Assembly: GCA_030264375.1 (NCBI GenBank) | Contig: JASCQW010000001.1 | Coordinates: forward strand, 109,839,224 to 109,903,223 | DNA from: Carcharhinus longimanus | Taxonomy: Eukaryota | DNA length: 64,000 bases | Reading direction: 5' to 3' | In this document: positions 1 through 12,669 of the stretch, piece by piece | Numbering within the stretch: the first letter of the stretch is position 1 | Layout: the number at the start of each line of letters is the position of its first letter | The notes under the pieces: generated by a model | The model's database searches: none | What the model saw: the letters and a program-made list of their open reading frames with translations, nothing else | What the model was told of the DNA's origin: nothing | Made by a program: the position numbers and the translations under genes

Positions 1-84
1 GGTTTCCCTTGTTTCAGCAATCTCCCTCTGCTCTTCCTTGCTGTTCAGAATTGCTCCAATATTGTCTGCACTTTCAGCTCCTAG
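1..84 (-). CDS. METTL14: METTL14 (m6A methyltransferase non-catalytic subunit) coding exon 2, truncated by the window edge
   Basis: Reverse complement reads [28 protein letters not shown], near-identical to vertebrate METTL14 ([28 protein letters not shown]). It is preceded by the acceptor tttctattccttAG (AG at 86-85), and phase 0 matches exon 1. Confidence 0.96.
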
Positions 85-559
85 CTAAGGAATAGAAATC
101 TCTGTGAAATTTCGCATTAAATAAAGTTACACAAAAAACTCAAGTTGGCAATATATATTTTATGAAAGGGTAGTGTACAGTAAAATTGCAGTGTGTTAAT
201 TTCTTCTTTGGAACAATAGCATAGTTTTTTTGGTAACTGTACCAGTACCCCAGAGATGTGCGCTAATGATATTTTCAGGATGTGGGCAATGCTGGCTAGG
301 TCATCATTTATTGCCCATTACTAACTGTCCTTGAGAAGGTGATGGTGAACTGCTTTCTTGAACCACTGGAACCCCTGATCCAGGGAAACAACTTGAAATG
401 TTAATACAGCAACTGGGAAATTTAACACTTAATCGGAAAAGAAACAGTTCAGACCAGTCTGCTTATTTCCCTGTTTTACTGGTGCTCCATTTTAAGGTAT
501 ACAAGACCAGTTCAGACCAGTATTCTTATTTCCCCATTTTTACTGTTTCTTCACACACT

Positions 560-1490
560 TGTGTGTGTTAAACTGCCTTAAGGACTTCACAGGCACCTGT
601 TAAAAGCAAAGTACGACAATGATCCACAGAATGAGTGTAGTTCAATGCATAGGGTTTAAGAAACATCTTAAAGGAGAAAAAGGGTAGGGAAGCAGAGATT
701 AGGATAAAAAGTTCCTTAGGACCTTTAGGGTTTTGGTAACTGAAAACATGACCATCAATGATGAAGTGATTAAAATCAGGATGTGCAAAAGATCAGGATT
801 AGAGGAGCACTGATACAGAATCATCTCAGAGGAGGAGGTTACAGAAGTCGAAGGCACCAAAGCCAATGATGTTTTTGAAACAAAGATGCAAATTAAATGA
901 AAAAACCTTGGATTGCTAACCAGTTTGTGAGGGCAAGGGTAATGGGCAAATGGGATTTGGTACAAGGTGGAACACTGGATGCAGAGTTTTGGATAGCATC
1001 ACATTTACAGAAATAGAACGTACAAGGCTGGCAATGAGAGACAGTCAAGTCTAGAGATAAGAAAGGTACAATGATGATTGTAGCAGTTTACGAGCTGAGG
1101 CAGGGCGGCGACAGACAATGTTATGGGGGTAGAAAGACAGTTGAGATGTGTGGTTAGAAGCTCATCTCAAAATCAATTATATCATAGCTCAGAACAGTCA
1201 GGTTCAGCCTCAGAGTTGCCAGAGAGATAGGGATGGGTCAGTGGTTCGGGAATGTGGTTTGAAGTGGGGATCCAAAACGTTAGCTTAAATCATTCAAATA
1301 TTTAATTGGGGAAGATTTCTCACTCAGGACAAGCAGTTAACATTTTAGAAAAAGTGCAGGAATCAAAAGGGATTATGGTGAGGTAAAGCTGGGTGTCATC
1401 AGAGCACACGTGGAAATTCATGCTGTGTTTTCCAGATGATATCACCGGTGATAGCAGATAGTTGATGAATAGGAGTGCATCAAGGATAGA
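560..1490 (-). mobile_element. Degenerate L2 LINE fragment
   Basis: Similar to the L2 copies at 8400-8826 and 58580-59070 (e.g. revcomp of agctgggtgtcatcagagcacacgtg covers the YADDTQL region). Confidence 0.6.
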
Positions 1491-1499
1491 TCAAATTGG

Positions 1500-2470
1500 T
1501 AGGCAGTAGCTAGGGATCGGTGCTAGGACCCCAGCTTTTCACAATATATATTGATTTGGATGAGGGAACAAAATGTTTGCAGATGATAGCATGCTGGGTG
1601 GGAAGGTGAACTATGACGAGGATGTAGAGATCCTTCAGAATGATCTGCACAGGTTGGATGAGTGGGCAAATCAATGGCAGATGCAGTATAATTTGGAAGC
1701 AAAAAACAAGGCGACAGATTACTACTACCTGAATGGCTGTAAATTGGGAGAGGGGAGTGTGCAGCAGGACCTGGGTATCCTTGTACACCTGTCACTGAAG
1801 GTAAGCATGCAGGTGCAGCAGATGTAAAGGAGGAAAATGGTATGTTGGCCTTCATTGTGAAGGGTTGAATACAGGAGCAGGGATGAGCAGGGTCTTGGTG
1901 AGGCCCCACCTAGAGTATTGTGTACAGTTTTGGTCTCCTTTTATGAGGAAGAATGTTCTTGCTCTCAAGAGAGTGCACCAAAGGTTTACCAGGCTGATTC
2001 CGGGACTGGCAGAACCGATGCATGAGGAGAGATTGACTAGGTTAGGATTGTTTTCGCTGGAGTTCAGACGAACGAGGGGAGATCTCATAGAGACTTATAA
2101 AATTCTAACAGGACTTGACAGGGTAGATGCAGGGAGGATGTTCCCAGTGGCGGGGGAGTGTAGAACCAGGGTTACAGTTTGAGGATTCAGGGTAGAACAT
2201 TTAAGACAGAGGTGAGGAGATATTTCTTCACCCAAAGAGTGATGAGCCTGTGGAATTCATTGCCACAGGAAGCAGTTGATGCCAAAACACTGAATGTATT
2301 CAAGAGGTGGCTTGATATAGCACTTGGGGCGAATGGGATCAAAGGTTATGGGGAAGAAGCAAGATTAGGCTATTGAGTTGAACAATCAGCCATGATCATA
2401 ATGAATGGAGGGTTAGACTCAAAGGGCCAAATGGCCTCCATTTTGCTGCAATGTTCTAAGTTTCTATATT
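1500..2470 (+). mobile_element. CR1 (HER1-like) LINE, 5'-truncated RT C-terminus and 3'UTR
   Basis: Frameshifted peptides QGSVLGP, FADD, WQMQYN, LVRPHLEYCVQFWSP, RGDLIETYKIL, FFTQRV..LWNSLP, followed by a CR1 3' tail. Confidence 0.92.
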
Positions 2471-3639
2471 AGGGATACGGGGTAGTAGGGGAATAGTTGA
2501 GCTAAAAGATCAGCGTGATTTACTTGAACGGTGGAATAGATACAAGTGGACAAATGGCCTACTCCTATTTCCTATACTCACAATCAACCAGTAACTTAAC
2601 TGTAAGTACTATGGCTACAAGAACAGGTCAGAGGCCAGAAACTCTAATAACACGTAACTCATCTCCTGACTCCCCAAAGTCTGTCCATCACTTACAAGGC
2701 ACAAAGCTAGGGTGAAAAACACCACAGCTGTATCTATATCAGATAGAGTGCAGTGATTCAAGGCATCAGCTCATCACCACCTTTGCAAGGCAATCATTAA
2801 TGGCCAGAATAAATGGGAGTTTTATTAAGCAATGTTCACATCCAATGAATAAATTTTAAAAATAACATTTCATGAAACAAGCACTTTTTTAAAAACTTCA
2901 AACACAAATTACAATACGTCTCACCCGGAAACTATGTCAGTTTGCAAATAACAAAAGTACAATGCCCTTGACAATTCAGATTTTCCCAATTATAATAATT
3001 TCAATCAGATGCAGTGCTTTAAATGTTGCTAGTTTCTGTACACCACAAACAAATGTTATTTTTTTCAACAATTTTGTTTATAATTAATTACAGATAAAAC
3101 ATACAATGGCAGAGCAGTTTAACTTAACTAGTGGCTTAAAATCATTAGAGCTGAAGACTCAATTCTCTAGCAAGATCATTTTATCAGTCACTTTTATTGA
3201 AGGAACTGAAGTTGTACCCTTAACTATCAGACAAGCCATGTTGGAGTTCACTTCTAAAGTGAATGTGAAGGATCTACTTAGCTCCTCAGCCATTTTTTTT
3301 CCTGTATACCTAACCTCCTCAAAAGATCATTGCAATCTTTAATTATTTCCTGGCTTCTAACAGTTCTTTTTAAATAAACATTCCATTACTCCTACAGTTT
3401 TCCTCTATCTTTTTTTCTAAAGCATTCCTATGTTTTTGTGTAGTGACATATGGTGTCCCCAAAATAAAATTCCTACTAAGTTCATTTTACCATGAGCCCT
3501 TAGCCTACCAACCAGTCTGGATTAAATAAATGATTCTGTTCCTCTGTAGTGCAATTATTTTTACTTACCACACTCCAATGTACTCTTCCCAAAACCTCCT
3601 AATACATAAGAATTCAAGCTTATTGTACTTCAATATACA

Positions 3640-3844
3640 TAGTTTGAAGAACAACATAACTGGATTGATTAGTAAGTTTGCGGACAACACAAAGGTTGGT
3701 GGATTTGTGGATAGTGATGAGGACCATCTGAGGATATAGCAGGATACAGATCAGTTGGAGACTTGGCGGAGAGATGGCAGATGGAGTTTAATCTGAACAA
3801 ATGTGAGGTAATGCATTTTGGAAGGTCTAATACAGATAGGAAAT
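3640..3844 (+). mobile_element. CR1 RT fragment running into a gap
   Basis: ISKFADNTKVGG and WQMEFNLNKCEVMHFGRSN motifs. Confidence 0.85.
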
Positions 3845-5011
3845 NNNNNNNNNNNNNNNNNNNNNNNNNNNNNNNNNNNNNNNNNNNNNNNNNNNNNNNN
3901 NNNNNNNNNNNNNNNNNNNNNNNNNNNNNNNNNNNNNNNNNNNNNNNNNNNNNNNNNNNNNNNNNNNNNNNNNNNNNNNNNNNNNNNNNNNNNNNNNNNN
4001 NNNNNNNNNNNNNNNNNNNNNNNNNNNNNNNNNNNNNNNNNNNNNNNNNNNNNNNNNNNNNNNNNNNNNNNNNNNNNNNNNNNNNNNNNNNNNNNNNNNN
4101 NNNNNNNNNNNNNNNNNNNNNNNNNNNNNNNNNNNNNNNNNNNNNNNNNNNNNNNNNNNNNNNNNNNNNNNNNNNNNNNNNNNNNNNNNNNNNNNNNNNN
4201 NNNNNNNNNNNNNNNNNNNNNNNNNNNNNNNNNNNNNNNNNNNNNNNNNNNNNNNNNNNNNNNNNNNNNNNNNNNNNNNNNNNNNNNNNNNNNNNNNNNN
4301 NNNNNNNNNNNNNNNNNNNNNNNNNNNNNNNNNNNNNNNNNNNNNNNNNNNNNNNNNNNNNNNNNNNNNNNNNNNNNNNNNNNNNNNNNNNNNNNNNNNN
4401 NNNNNNNNNNNNNNNNNNNNNNNNNNNNNNNNNNNNNNNNNNNNNNNNNNNNNNNNNNNNNNNNNNNNNNNNNNNNNNNNNNNNNNNNNNNNNNNNNNNN
4501 NNNNNNNNNNNNNNNNNNNNNNNNNNNNNNNNNNNNNNNNNNNNNNNNNNNNNNNNNNNNNNNNNNNNNNNNNNNNNNNNNNNNNNNNNNNNNNNNNNNN
4601 NNNNNNNNNNNNNNNNNNNNNNNNNNNNNNNNNNNNNNNNNNNNNNNNNNNNNNNNNNNNNNNNNNNNNNNNNNNNNNNNNNNNNNNNNNNNNNNNNNNN
4701 NNNNNNNNNNNNNNNNNNNNNNNNNNNNNNNNNNNNNNNNNNNNNNNNNNNNNNNNNNNNNNNNNNNNNNNNNNNNNNNNNNNNNNNNNNNNNNNNNNNN
4801 NNNTGGGATTGTGGTTGGTGCAGACTTGATGGGCTGAATGGCCTCCTTCTGCACTGTAGAATTCTATAAAAAATCCTATGAAAACTAGTTTTATTCCTCC
4901 AGAATCTCAATGCAGAAGAGGCCCTATAACTCGAGTCTGCACCAACACAGAGAGAAGCCTGACCTACTAACCTAATCCCATTTCCAGCACTTGACTTGAT
5001 CTTGAATTATG

Positions 5012-5324
5012 TCATACAATCTTGTAGTGCAGAAGGAGGCTATTTGGCCTATCGTGTCCGCACTGACCACAATCCCACCCAGGTCCTATCCCCATAACCC
5101 CATGCATTTCCCTAGCTAGTTCCTCTGATACTATGGGGCAATTTGTCATGGTCAATCCATCTGCCCTGCATATCTTTGGACGGTGGGAGGAAACCGGAGC
5201 ACCTGGAAGAAACCCATACAGACATAGGCCGAATGTGCAAACTCCACACAGATGGTACCCAGTCTGGGAATCGAACCTAGGTCCCTGGCGCAGTGAGGCA
5301 ACAGTGCTAACCACTGTGCCGTCC
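5012..5324 (-). mobile_element. HE1-type tRNA-derived SINE (CR1-type tail)
   Basis: Head GGCACAGTGGTTAGCACTG, B-box GGTTCGATTCC, core CTGTGTGGAGTTTGCAC, and tail ...CCTCCTTCTGCACT. Confidence 0.85.
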
Positions 5325-5689
5325 TGACATGCCAAGTGCTCATCCAGGTACTTTTTAAAGGATGTGTGGCAACCCGCATCCACTACCCTCCCAGGCAGCG
5401 CATTCCAGGCCATCACCATCTTCTGAACAAAACTTCACATACCCCTCCTAAACCTCTTGCCTCTCACCTTGACCTTGTTGCAAAGGCTGATGTGTTAGCA
5501 ACCCTTTTAACCACATTTTGATTTAAAGCTTTAAGCTTCATTTGTTATTTTAGTTTTGGGCAGTTCAACTGGCTGCCCCTTTAATTTTGTCCCTCAGTTT
5601 ATTTCATTTAGTTTTCTTGGTTTAACACAAAAGAGGTCGACGTTGGCTTCCAGTTACTAAAGTAGCCTTCCATCATCAGTTAATTTTGA

Positions 5690-6390
5690 ATCCACTTTCC
5701 CAAATTCTACGTGTATTGCCTTCTTTATAAGTCTCCCACATGGGGCTTTGTCAAAGGCTTTGCTGAAATCCATACAGACTACATCAACTCACAACCTTCA
5801 CCACCTGGACACCACTTTAAAAAATTCAATCAAATTTGTTAGGCATGACCTCCCTCTGACCAAGCCATGCTGACTATCCCTGACCAAACCTTGCCTCTCT
5901 AAGTGGAGAATTTTCTCCAATAGTTTCCCTGCTACTGACATGAGACTCAATGGTCTGTAAGTTCCCTGGCTTATCTCTACAGTCCCTCTTAAATAGTGGA
6001 ACCACATTTGTTTCTCTACAGTAGTCTGGCACCTTTTAAAGGCCAGAGAGGAATTAAAAATTTGAGTCAGAGTTCCTGCAATCTCCTCCATTGCCTATCA
6101 CATAGGCCTGGGACACAATTCATCTGGATCTGGAGATTTGTTCACTTTTAAATCTGTCAACAACCCATCATACCTCCTGTCAATTTGCTTAAGAAGCTCA
6201 CATTCTCTGAGTTTCATACCTTCATTCTCATTCTCTTGGGTGAAGCTGGATGTGAAATATTTGTTCAATGCTCTCCTGATGTCCTCTGGCTCCACCCACA
6301 GATTGCCCCCATAGTCCTTAATGGGCCATACTCTTTCCCTGGTTATCTTCCAATTGACATACTTGTAGAATATTTTGGGATTTTCCCTAC
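5690..6390 (-). mobile_element. CR1 LINE RT N-terminal fragment
   Basis: Peptides NPKIFYKYV, KSPDPDELCPR, YRPLSLMSVAGKLLE, SQHGLVRGRSCLTNLIEFF. Confidence 0.9.
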
Positions 6391-7399
6391 TTTTACCTAC
6401 CAGTACCTGCATCCAAAGCCCAGAAAAACAGTAAAACTTGCTGTGATCCTTACAATCCAAATCTTTACCACCTTCTAGAAAACCAATAAAATGAAAAATA
6501 AAAAATCTGAACTGTCAGTTTGACAAGCTCAAAGTTTAAAACATCAAATCTTGTCTTCACAGTTTTGGATTGATACATGAACTTGACCTCAATTTTGCAC
6601 CAATCAAATAATATGCATCACATTTTTATAGAATCTGTTTCTTTAATCAATTTGTACTAGATAGCCAGTTGTACCAAAGGATAGAAATTCACAAATGTGG
6701 AAAATATAAGGGTTAAGTGGATAGAGCAGGGGAATGGGACTGACCAGAATGCTTTTCAGACAGCCAGCACGTACTTGACGGATTGAATAGTCTCCTTTGA
6801 CGCTATAATGACTAATTATGGCCAGGTTCAATATCAACTAAATGCAAGTTTGCTAAATATGTATAGGCTTTGCTAGGCTTTCTCCCAGTTAAGTACCTCA
6901 AGCAAGTGCTTAAATACATTTTTCCACAATACGATCAATGACTGGCTACTATTCCTAATGCCCATACAGTACTGAGCAGACTACTCCATTTATCATTCAA
7001 GGCAATATATCTTGTGAGTGTATTACCACGAACAGGTAATTTACTTGAGGTTAAAGTTTAAATCTGTCCTGTAGAGCTTGTAAGAACTTGTCCACAGAGA
7101 TAAAGCAAGAGTGAGTGGTGAATAGATCATGCAGTCCTTTGAGCTTGCTCTTCCAATCAAGAAGATCATGGCAGATCTTCAACGTCAATGCCATCTTTCT
7201 GCAACATTCCCAAATCCGTCAATTCCCTTGGTATCCAAAAACTATCAGCATCTTGAATTTACTCAAAACTACTCAAGCTGTTAATTGCAACCAAGAAAAG
7301 AAACTGTACTTTATAACAGAATGATGTATGATTCAAAAGAAAAATAATGACTTTTATTAATATGGCACTTCATGACCTGACAGCTCAAAGCGCTTTCTA

Positions 7400-7693
7400 G
7401 GGCGGCACAGTGGTTAGCACTGTTGCTGCACAACACCAGGGACCCGGGTTCGATTCCTGGCTTGCATAACTGTCTGTGTGGAGTCTGCACATTCTCCCTG
7501 TGTCTGCATGGGTTTTCTCAGGATGCTCCAGTTTCTTCCCACAGTCTGAAAGACGTGCTGACGAGGTACCTTGGCCATGCTAAATTCTCCCTAACTGTAC
7601 CCAAACAGGCGCCACAGTGTGACAACTGGGGGATTTTCACAGTAACTTCATCACAGTGTTAATATAAGCCTACTTGTGACAATAAATAAACTT
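7400..7693 (+). mobile_element. HE1-type SINE with alternative (Rex1-like) 3' tail
   Basis: HE1 head with B-box GGTTCGATTCC at 7447-7457; ends gcctacttgtgacaataaataaa. Confidence 0.85.
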
Positions 7694-7982
7694 AAAATTC
7701 AATGGAGTACATTTTAAACTGTCATCACTGTTATACCATAGGTAATGTGACAGCCAATTTCTGCACAACAAGTTCCCACAAGCAATGTGATAATCACCAT
7801 ATAATGAGAGAATGAGAGATAAAATTCTGCCAGGTCATTGGGTATTATACTTCTGCTCTTCTTCAAAATAGTGCCATGGGATCTTTTATGTCCATGAGAG
7901 GGGAGAAGGAGCACCTCAATTTAACATCTTATCCAAAAAGTACCAAACTTCTGAAAGCACAGCACTCCCCCAGGACTAAACT

Positions 7983-8196
7983 AAAAGCAAAATACTACAG
8001 ATGCTGGAAATCTGAAATGAAAACAGAAAATGCTAGAAAGACTTAGGAGGTTTGGCAGCATCAGTGGAGCGAGACATAGAACTCTGATGAAGAGTAATAC
8101 AGACTCCAAACATTAAGACTTGAAACGTTAACTTTGTTTCTCTCCCCATAGTTGCTGCCAGGCCTGCTGAGCCTAACCAACATTTTCTCTTTTTAC
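7983..8196. mobile_element. Palindromic Penelope-like terminal-repeat element with degenerate hammerhead motif
   Basis: Arms aaaatgct...tttggcagcatc and gttgctgccaggcctgctgag...catttt are inverted. The centre reads CTGATGAAGAGT...GACTC, then GAAACGTT. Confidence 0.65.
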
Positions 8197-8826
8197 TCTC
8201 CCAGTACCCTTTGCAGAGCCAGTCTTGATTTTTGTACCTGGGGTGAAATGGAACCACAAGTTTTTGACTCTGGCAAGCATTCTACCAACTCACCACAGCT
8301 TGCTTATGTTAAAATAAAGTAGTTTCTACACATTTAGAGTGCTAACATCAGCTGAAGAAGCATGCATCTTTGGCCTCCATCTATTTCTCATCTACATGCT
8401 ACCCTCAGCAACATCATCTGAAGGCACAGTGTTAGTTTTCATTTACACTGAGACACATCCAGGTCTCACAGCTCCTCCACTGTTGTAAATTATCAGACTG
8501 CTTATCTGACATCCAGAACAAGCTGAGCAGAAATGTTTTCTGACTAAATATTGAGGAGACTGAAGTCATTGTTTTCCAGCCCCTCTACGTACCCTTGCTA
8601 CTGACTCCATCCCTCCCCCTGTCCGAGACTAAACCAGCCTGTTCACAATCTTGATATCACATTTGGCTCCAAGATAACTTCCCAATCTCACACACATGCC
8701 ACCCCAAAGACCATGTACTTCCATCTCCAGAATATGGCCCACTTTCACTCCTGCCTCAGCTCAGCTGCTGCCAAAACGTTCACTAATTCCTCACTAGCCT
8801 CGACTACTCCAGACCACTCTGTTTGG

Positions 8827-10288
8827 TGTAAAGAACTAGAGTTTTAAGTAATTTTTGGGTATGTTTAATTTATATATCTCTCTATTTAGGTGTTGAGAAG
8901 TGAGGGTGGAAGAGAAGCTGAGTTTTAGTTTCACCTCAAGAGTTGGTTGCATGTCCATGGGTTTGTTAACGTACCTGCATTGGGGGGTGGGGGGAGCTGC
9001 TGCTGCCAACAGGGGATCCGCAGGGACAGGGAAACAGAAAGCGTTTTACTTAATTTGAAAGAAGGTGCCAGGAGAGCACAGGAGAGCGAACAACAGAAAG
9101 CAAACTTCCCAAAAGAGGAGAATATCCACGCACTCCAGACATACTCACTTCCACCTTCTTCCATTAGGAAAAAGATATAAAAGTCTGAGATCATATACCA
9201 ACTGACTCCAGATCAGTTTCTTCCCTGCTGCCATTGAATGGATGTACCTAGCACTAAATGGATCTTTCTCTACACCGAGCTATAACTGTAACATTACATT
9301 CTGCACGCTCTCCTTTCCTACTCTATGAATGCTTCACTTGTGTATTGTACAAGAAACAATACTTTTCACTGTAAACTAATACATGTGATAAATATAAATT
9401 AAATCAAATTTTCCCAGAAACAGCAAGTGGGTGAAAAAAAGCCCCAGAAAGATACGTGAGTCAAGGAACAAGGACAGGAGTCTGAACAAGGTTCTGTTCA
9501 ATGAAGTTAAAGTGAGGAGCAGAAGAAAAGACTGCAAATTAAAGAGAGAAAGATGTAAGAAACAGAATCAAGCTAAAGTGGGCTTGTGAAAAGCCAGACG
9601 ATCCAAGGATACAGCCAAGGGTGTTTGTGAAACAGCGGTGTTCCATTGGCACAGCTGAGCATTTGGGAAAATGCGTGGAAAGAAAGCTTGAATGCAAACA
9701 GCACTCCAGAGAAGAGGAATACTAGGAGGAGAGATCAAAGATCCAGTTTGAACTGGATTCTTGTGGAAAACATCCTAGAGAAAGTGTGCTAGGGACAAAA
9801 TTCCAAAGAAAGTTCTTTGAGCATTGAGATTGGAAACCTCCCAGACAAAAATGGAATTCTGTGAAACCACTTGGGTCATGGTGTGACAAGCACCTTTGGG
9901 AGAGGGGAAAAGGGAACACTGATGAAAGATCCATAAAACTTGCACTGAGGCAGCATCTGTCACTTGGTTTCAGAGTATGGTGTCTAACCATAGGTCACCT
10001 ATTAGTTTACATTAGACCATAAGCTAAATTTAGTAACTTGTGTTATCCTTCTGAATCTGTACACATCTGTAAAAGGTATACATGTAGGGGAAGAGTAGGG
10101 TGATATAGTTTAGCATTTCTTGTTCAAATAAATGTTTATTCTCTAGTTAAGAGACCAGCAGACTCCTGCAACTGTTCCGTAGGCACCCTCCACATTTGTA
10201 AACAAAAAATAAAAGTTAGGATCTACCAGATCAGGTTCCACCCTGGAATCTGACTTGCCCAGTAGTATTATCAGCTGTGATCATAACA
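8827..10288 (+). mobile_element. Putative solo LTR (TG...CA) containing a Rex1 3' fragment
   Basis: Begins TGTAAAG, ends CATAACA, has an AATAAA near 10127, and cleanly interrupts collinear L2 sequence. Confidence 0.5.
9125..9410 (+). mobile_element. Rex1/Babar LINE 3' end
   Basis: Encodes an HLLPLGKRYKSLR...FFPAA-like C-terminus; tail cttttcactgt...tacatgtga...aaatcaaat. Confidence 0.75.
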
Positions 10289-10734
10289 CTAGTCTCCCAC
10301 ATTCTACCCCCTGTAAACTTGAGGTCATCCAAATCTCTGCTGCTCATCTTTACACACAAGTCTTGTTCTCCTGTTGCCACCCCTATGCTCATTGACTACA
10401 CTGATTCCCAGTAAAGATGTAGCTTGACTTTAAAATTCTGATTCCTGCTTTCAAATCCCTCCAAGGCCTCACTCCTTCCCATCTCTATAATCGTCTACAG
10501 CTCTACGACCCTCGGCACCTTAATTCAGCCTCTTGAACATCCCCAATTTTAAATTCTCCACCCTTGGTGGTTGTTCCCTTTGGTTGCCTAGACCTCAAAT
10601 TCTGGAATACCATCCTTGTACCTCTCCACCTCACTTCTGACCTAATATCTCACGTGACTCGGTGTCATACCTTGTTCTATGTTGAAGCACCTCAGGATAT
10701 TTCACTGTGTTGAAGAACTACATGAACAAAAATA

Positions 10735-10870
10735 TTAGCAACAAAAGGTGCTGCAAAAAAATCAGCAGGTCTGGCAGCATCCGTGAAGAGGAACAGAGTT
10801 ACTGTTTTGAATCTATAACTCTTCATCAGAGCCTAGATCTTCAGCATCTACAGTATTTTGCTTTTACAGA
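10735..10870. mobile_element. Penelope-like palindromic element fragment
   Basis: tcagcaggtctggcagcatc...cttcatcaga, same family as 7983-8196. Confidence 0.55.
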
Positions 10871-10974
10871 AATACAAGTGTTTAGTATTTAGCAATACTC
10901 AGGAGAGGTGGGGGCCAGCTGAATTGGTTTTCCTAAAGCATTGCTGACATTCCAGGATTGGGGTAGCACTAGGG

Positions 10975-11900
10975 CAATTATTTGAACAAGTTGAGTGAGT
11001 GAACAAATACACGACAGATGCAGTATAATGTGGATAAATGTCAGAATATTCATTTCGGTGGCAAAAACAGGATGGCAGATTATTACCTGAATGTGCAAAG
11101 CGATCTGGGTGTCCTTGTGTACCAGTCGCTGAAAGTAAGCACTTAGGTGAAGGCAGCAAATGGTATGTTGGCCTTCATAGCGAGAGATTCAAGTACAGGA
11201 ACAGCAATGTCAGCTGCATTTATACAGGGCCTTGGTGAGGCCACATCCGGAATAGTGTACAGTTTTGGTCTCCGTAGTTGAGGAAGGACTTTCTTGCTAT
11301 GCTGTGAATGCAGCAAAGGTTTGCCAGATTGATAACTAGGATGGCAGGACTGACATACAAGGAGAGAATAAGTCAAGATTAAATTATATTTGCTGGAGTT
11401 TAGAACAGTGAGGGGGATCTAATAGAAATCTATAAAATTCTAGTAGGACTTCAGAGTACATGCAAAAAAGGATGTTCCCGATGACAAGGGAATCCAGAAC
11501 CAAGGGATCATTCATGGACTTAGATGAGGGAAATTTCTTCATCCAGAGTGTGGTGAGCCTGTGGAACACTCTACCACAAAAAGCAGTTGAGGCCAAAATA
11601 TTATATGTTTTCAAGAAGGAGTTAGTTAGTTAGTTAGTTCTGAGGTGTCTGGGGTAACTTGATTAGGCATTCCTTTAATGTCGAGGGGGTTAGCAGGATA
11701 AATACGTGAAATTATGGGAATAGGGCCTGGGTAAAGATTGTTGTCGATGCAAGTTCGATGGGTTGAATGGCATCTTTCTGAACTACAGGGATCCTATGAT
11801 ATATTGCTTGAGGCAAAGGAGATCAAAGGATATGGGAAGAAAGTAGGAAAGGTTATTGTGTTCACTGATCATAATGAATTGTGGGAGTGAGGAGGCAGTC
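10975..11900 (+). mobile_element. CR1 LINE 3' fragment with an inserted SINE tail (about 11640-11800)
   Basis: Motifs gcagcaaatggtatgttggccttcatagcgagag, ttggtgaggccaca and aatttcttcatccagagtgtggtgagcctgtggaa. Confidence 0.8.
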
Positions 11901-12669
11901 TGGGATTTGGAAGAACTGAGGGAATAAAATATGAATATTTGGTGTCTTTCAGCAGAGAGAGAAATGTGGGGCATGAGCCTGGCAGCACCATCCTGACCTA
12001 GGGATATATGGCCATTACTTCAGTCAGACATCCAGGCACTCCCTTCCAAACAGCATTGTGGGTATATCTACACCACAGACTGCAGCAAGGAAACAGCACA
12101 TTACAACCTTCTTGAGCAACTAGGGGTGAGCAATAAAAGCTCCCCAGCCAACAGTGCTCACATCCCATGAACAAACACAAAGAAAAATAACATGGGCATG
12201 GATGAGGGTTTCATTGTGCCCAGGCATGAGCAGGGATCAGTATTATAGAGGTGGAAGTGGGCAGTTTTGACATTGCAGAGGATATGGGTTTGAAGCTCAA
12301 TGATTGATGTAATAGTCTGGTTCTGCCTCATACATTTGCAAGCTGGGATGGAGTAAATGGTTGGAGAACAGCACTTGGGGCAGGTGTTGAAAACAATAGT
12401 CCTCCCCCCAAAATAATTAACCTGAGGGCATGTCTGGTCATCTAATACCATATGTCAAGAAACAAACTGACTCAGAGGCAGTGGAAAATTAGTCTGCCAA
12501 ACAAATGCTGCTGTTATACCACATGTACATGTCATTTGAAAAATCAGCAACACTAATCTAAAGATATGCCTCAAACCTTTTCAGTGTTCACAAAGTTCCA
12601 AGTCCAGGTGTTATATACAAACTAAAATATGATATACAAGATAGATCCTTCATCTTTCATACAAATTTC

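Larger units (their letters stand above)
7345..8300 (-). mobile_element. DeuSINE (SacSINE1/AmnSINE1-like), interrupted by two younger insertions
   Basis: Deu-like core (cagccaatttctgcacaacaagttcccac; cttcttcaaaatagtgccatgggatctttta). Split by an HE1 SINE (7400-7693) and a Penelope-type palindrome (7983-8196). Confidence 0.65.
8400..10720 (+). mobile_element. L2 LINE 3' part (8400-8826 and 10289-10720), split by an LTR-like insertion
   Basis: L2-like sequence ctaaatattgaggagactgaagtcattgtttt and ctcgactactcc resumes after 10288 as cattctacccc...cttgaggtcatccaaatctctgctgc. Confidence 0.65.

Noticed and set aside
3669-4910. Long ORFs (339-413 aa) in the ORF track
   Set aside because: Artefacts of translating through a 959-N gap; the flanks are CR1 and SINE sequence.
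7400-7460. tRNA-like A/B boxes (also in other SINE heads)
   Set aside because: These are heads of tRNA-derived SINEs, not complete cloverleaf tRNA genes.
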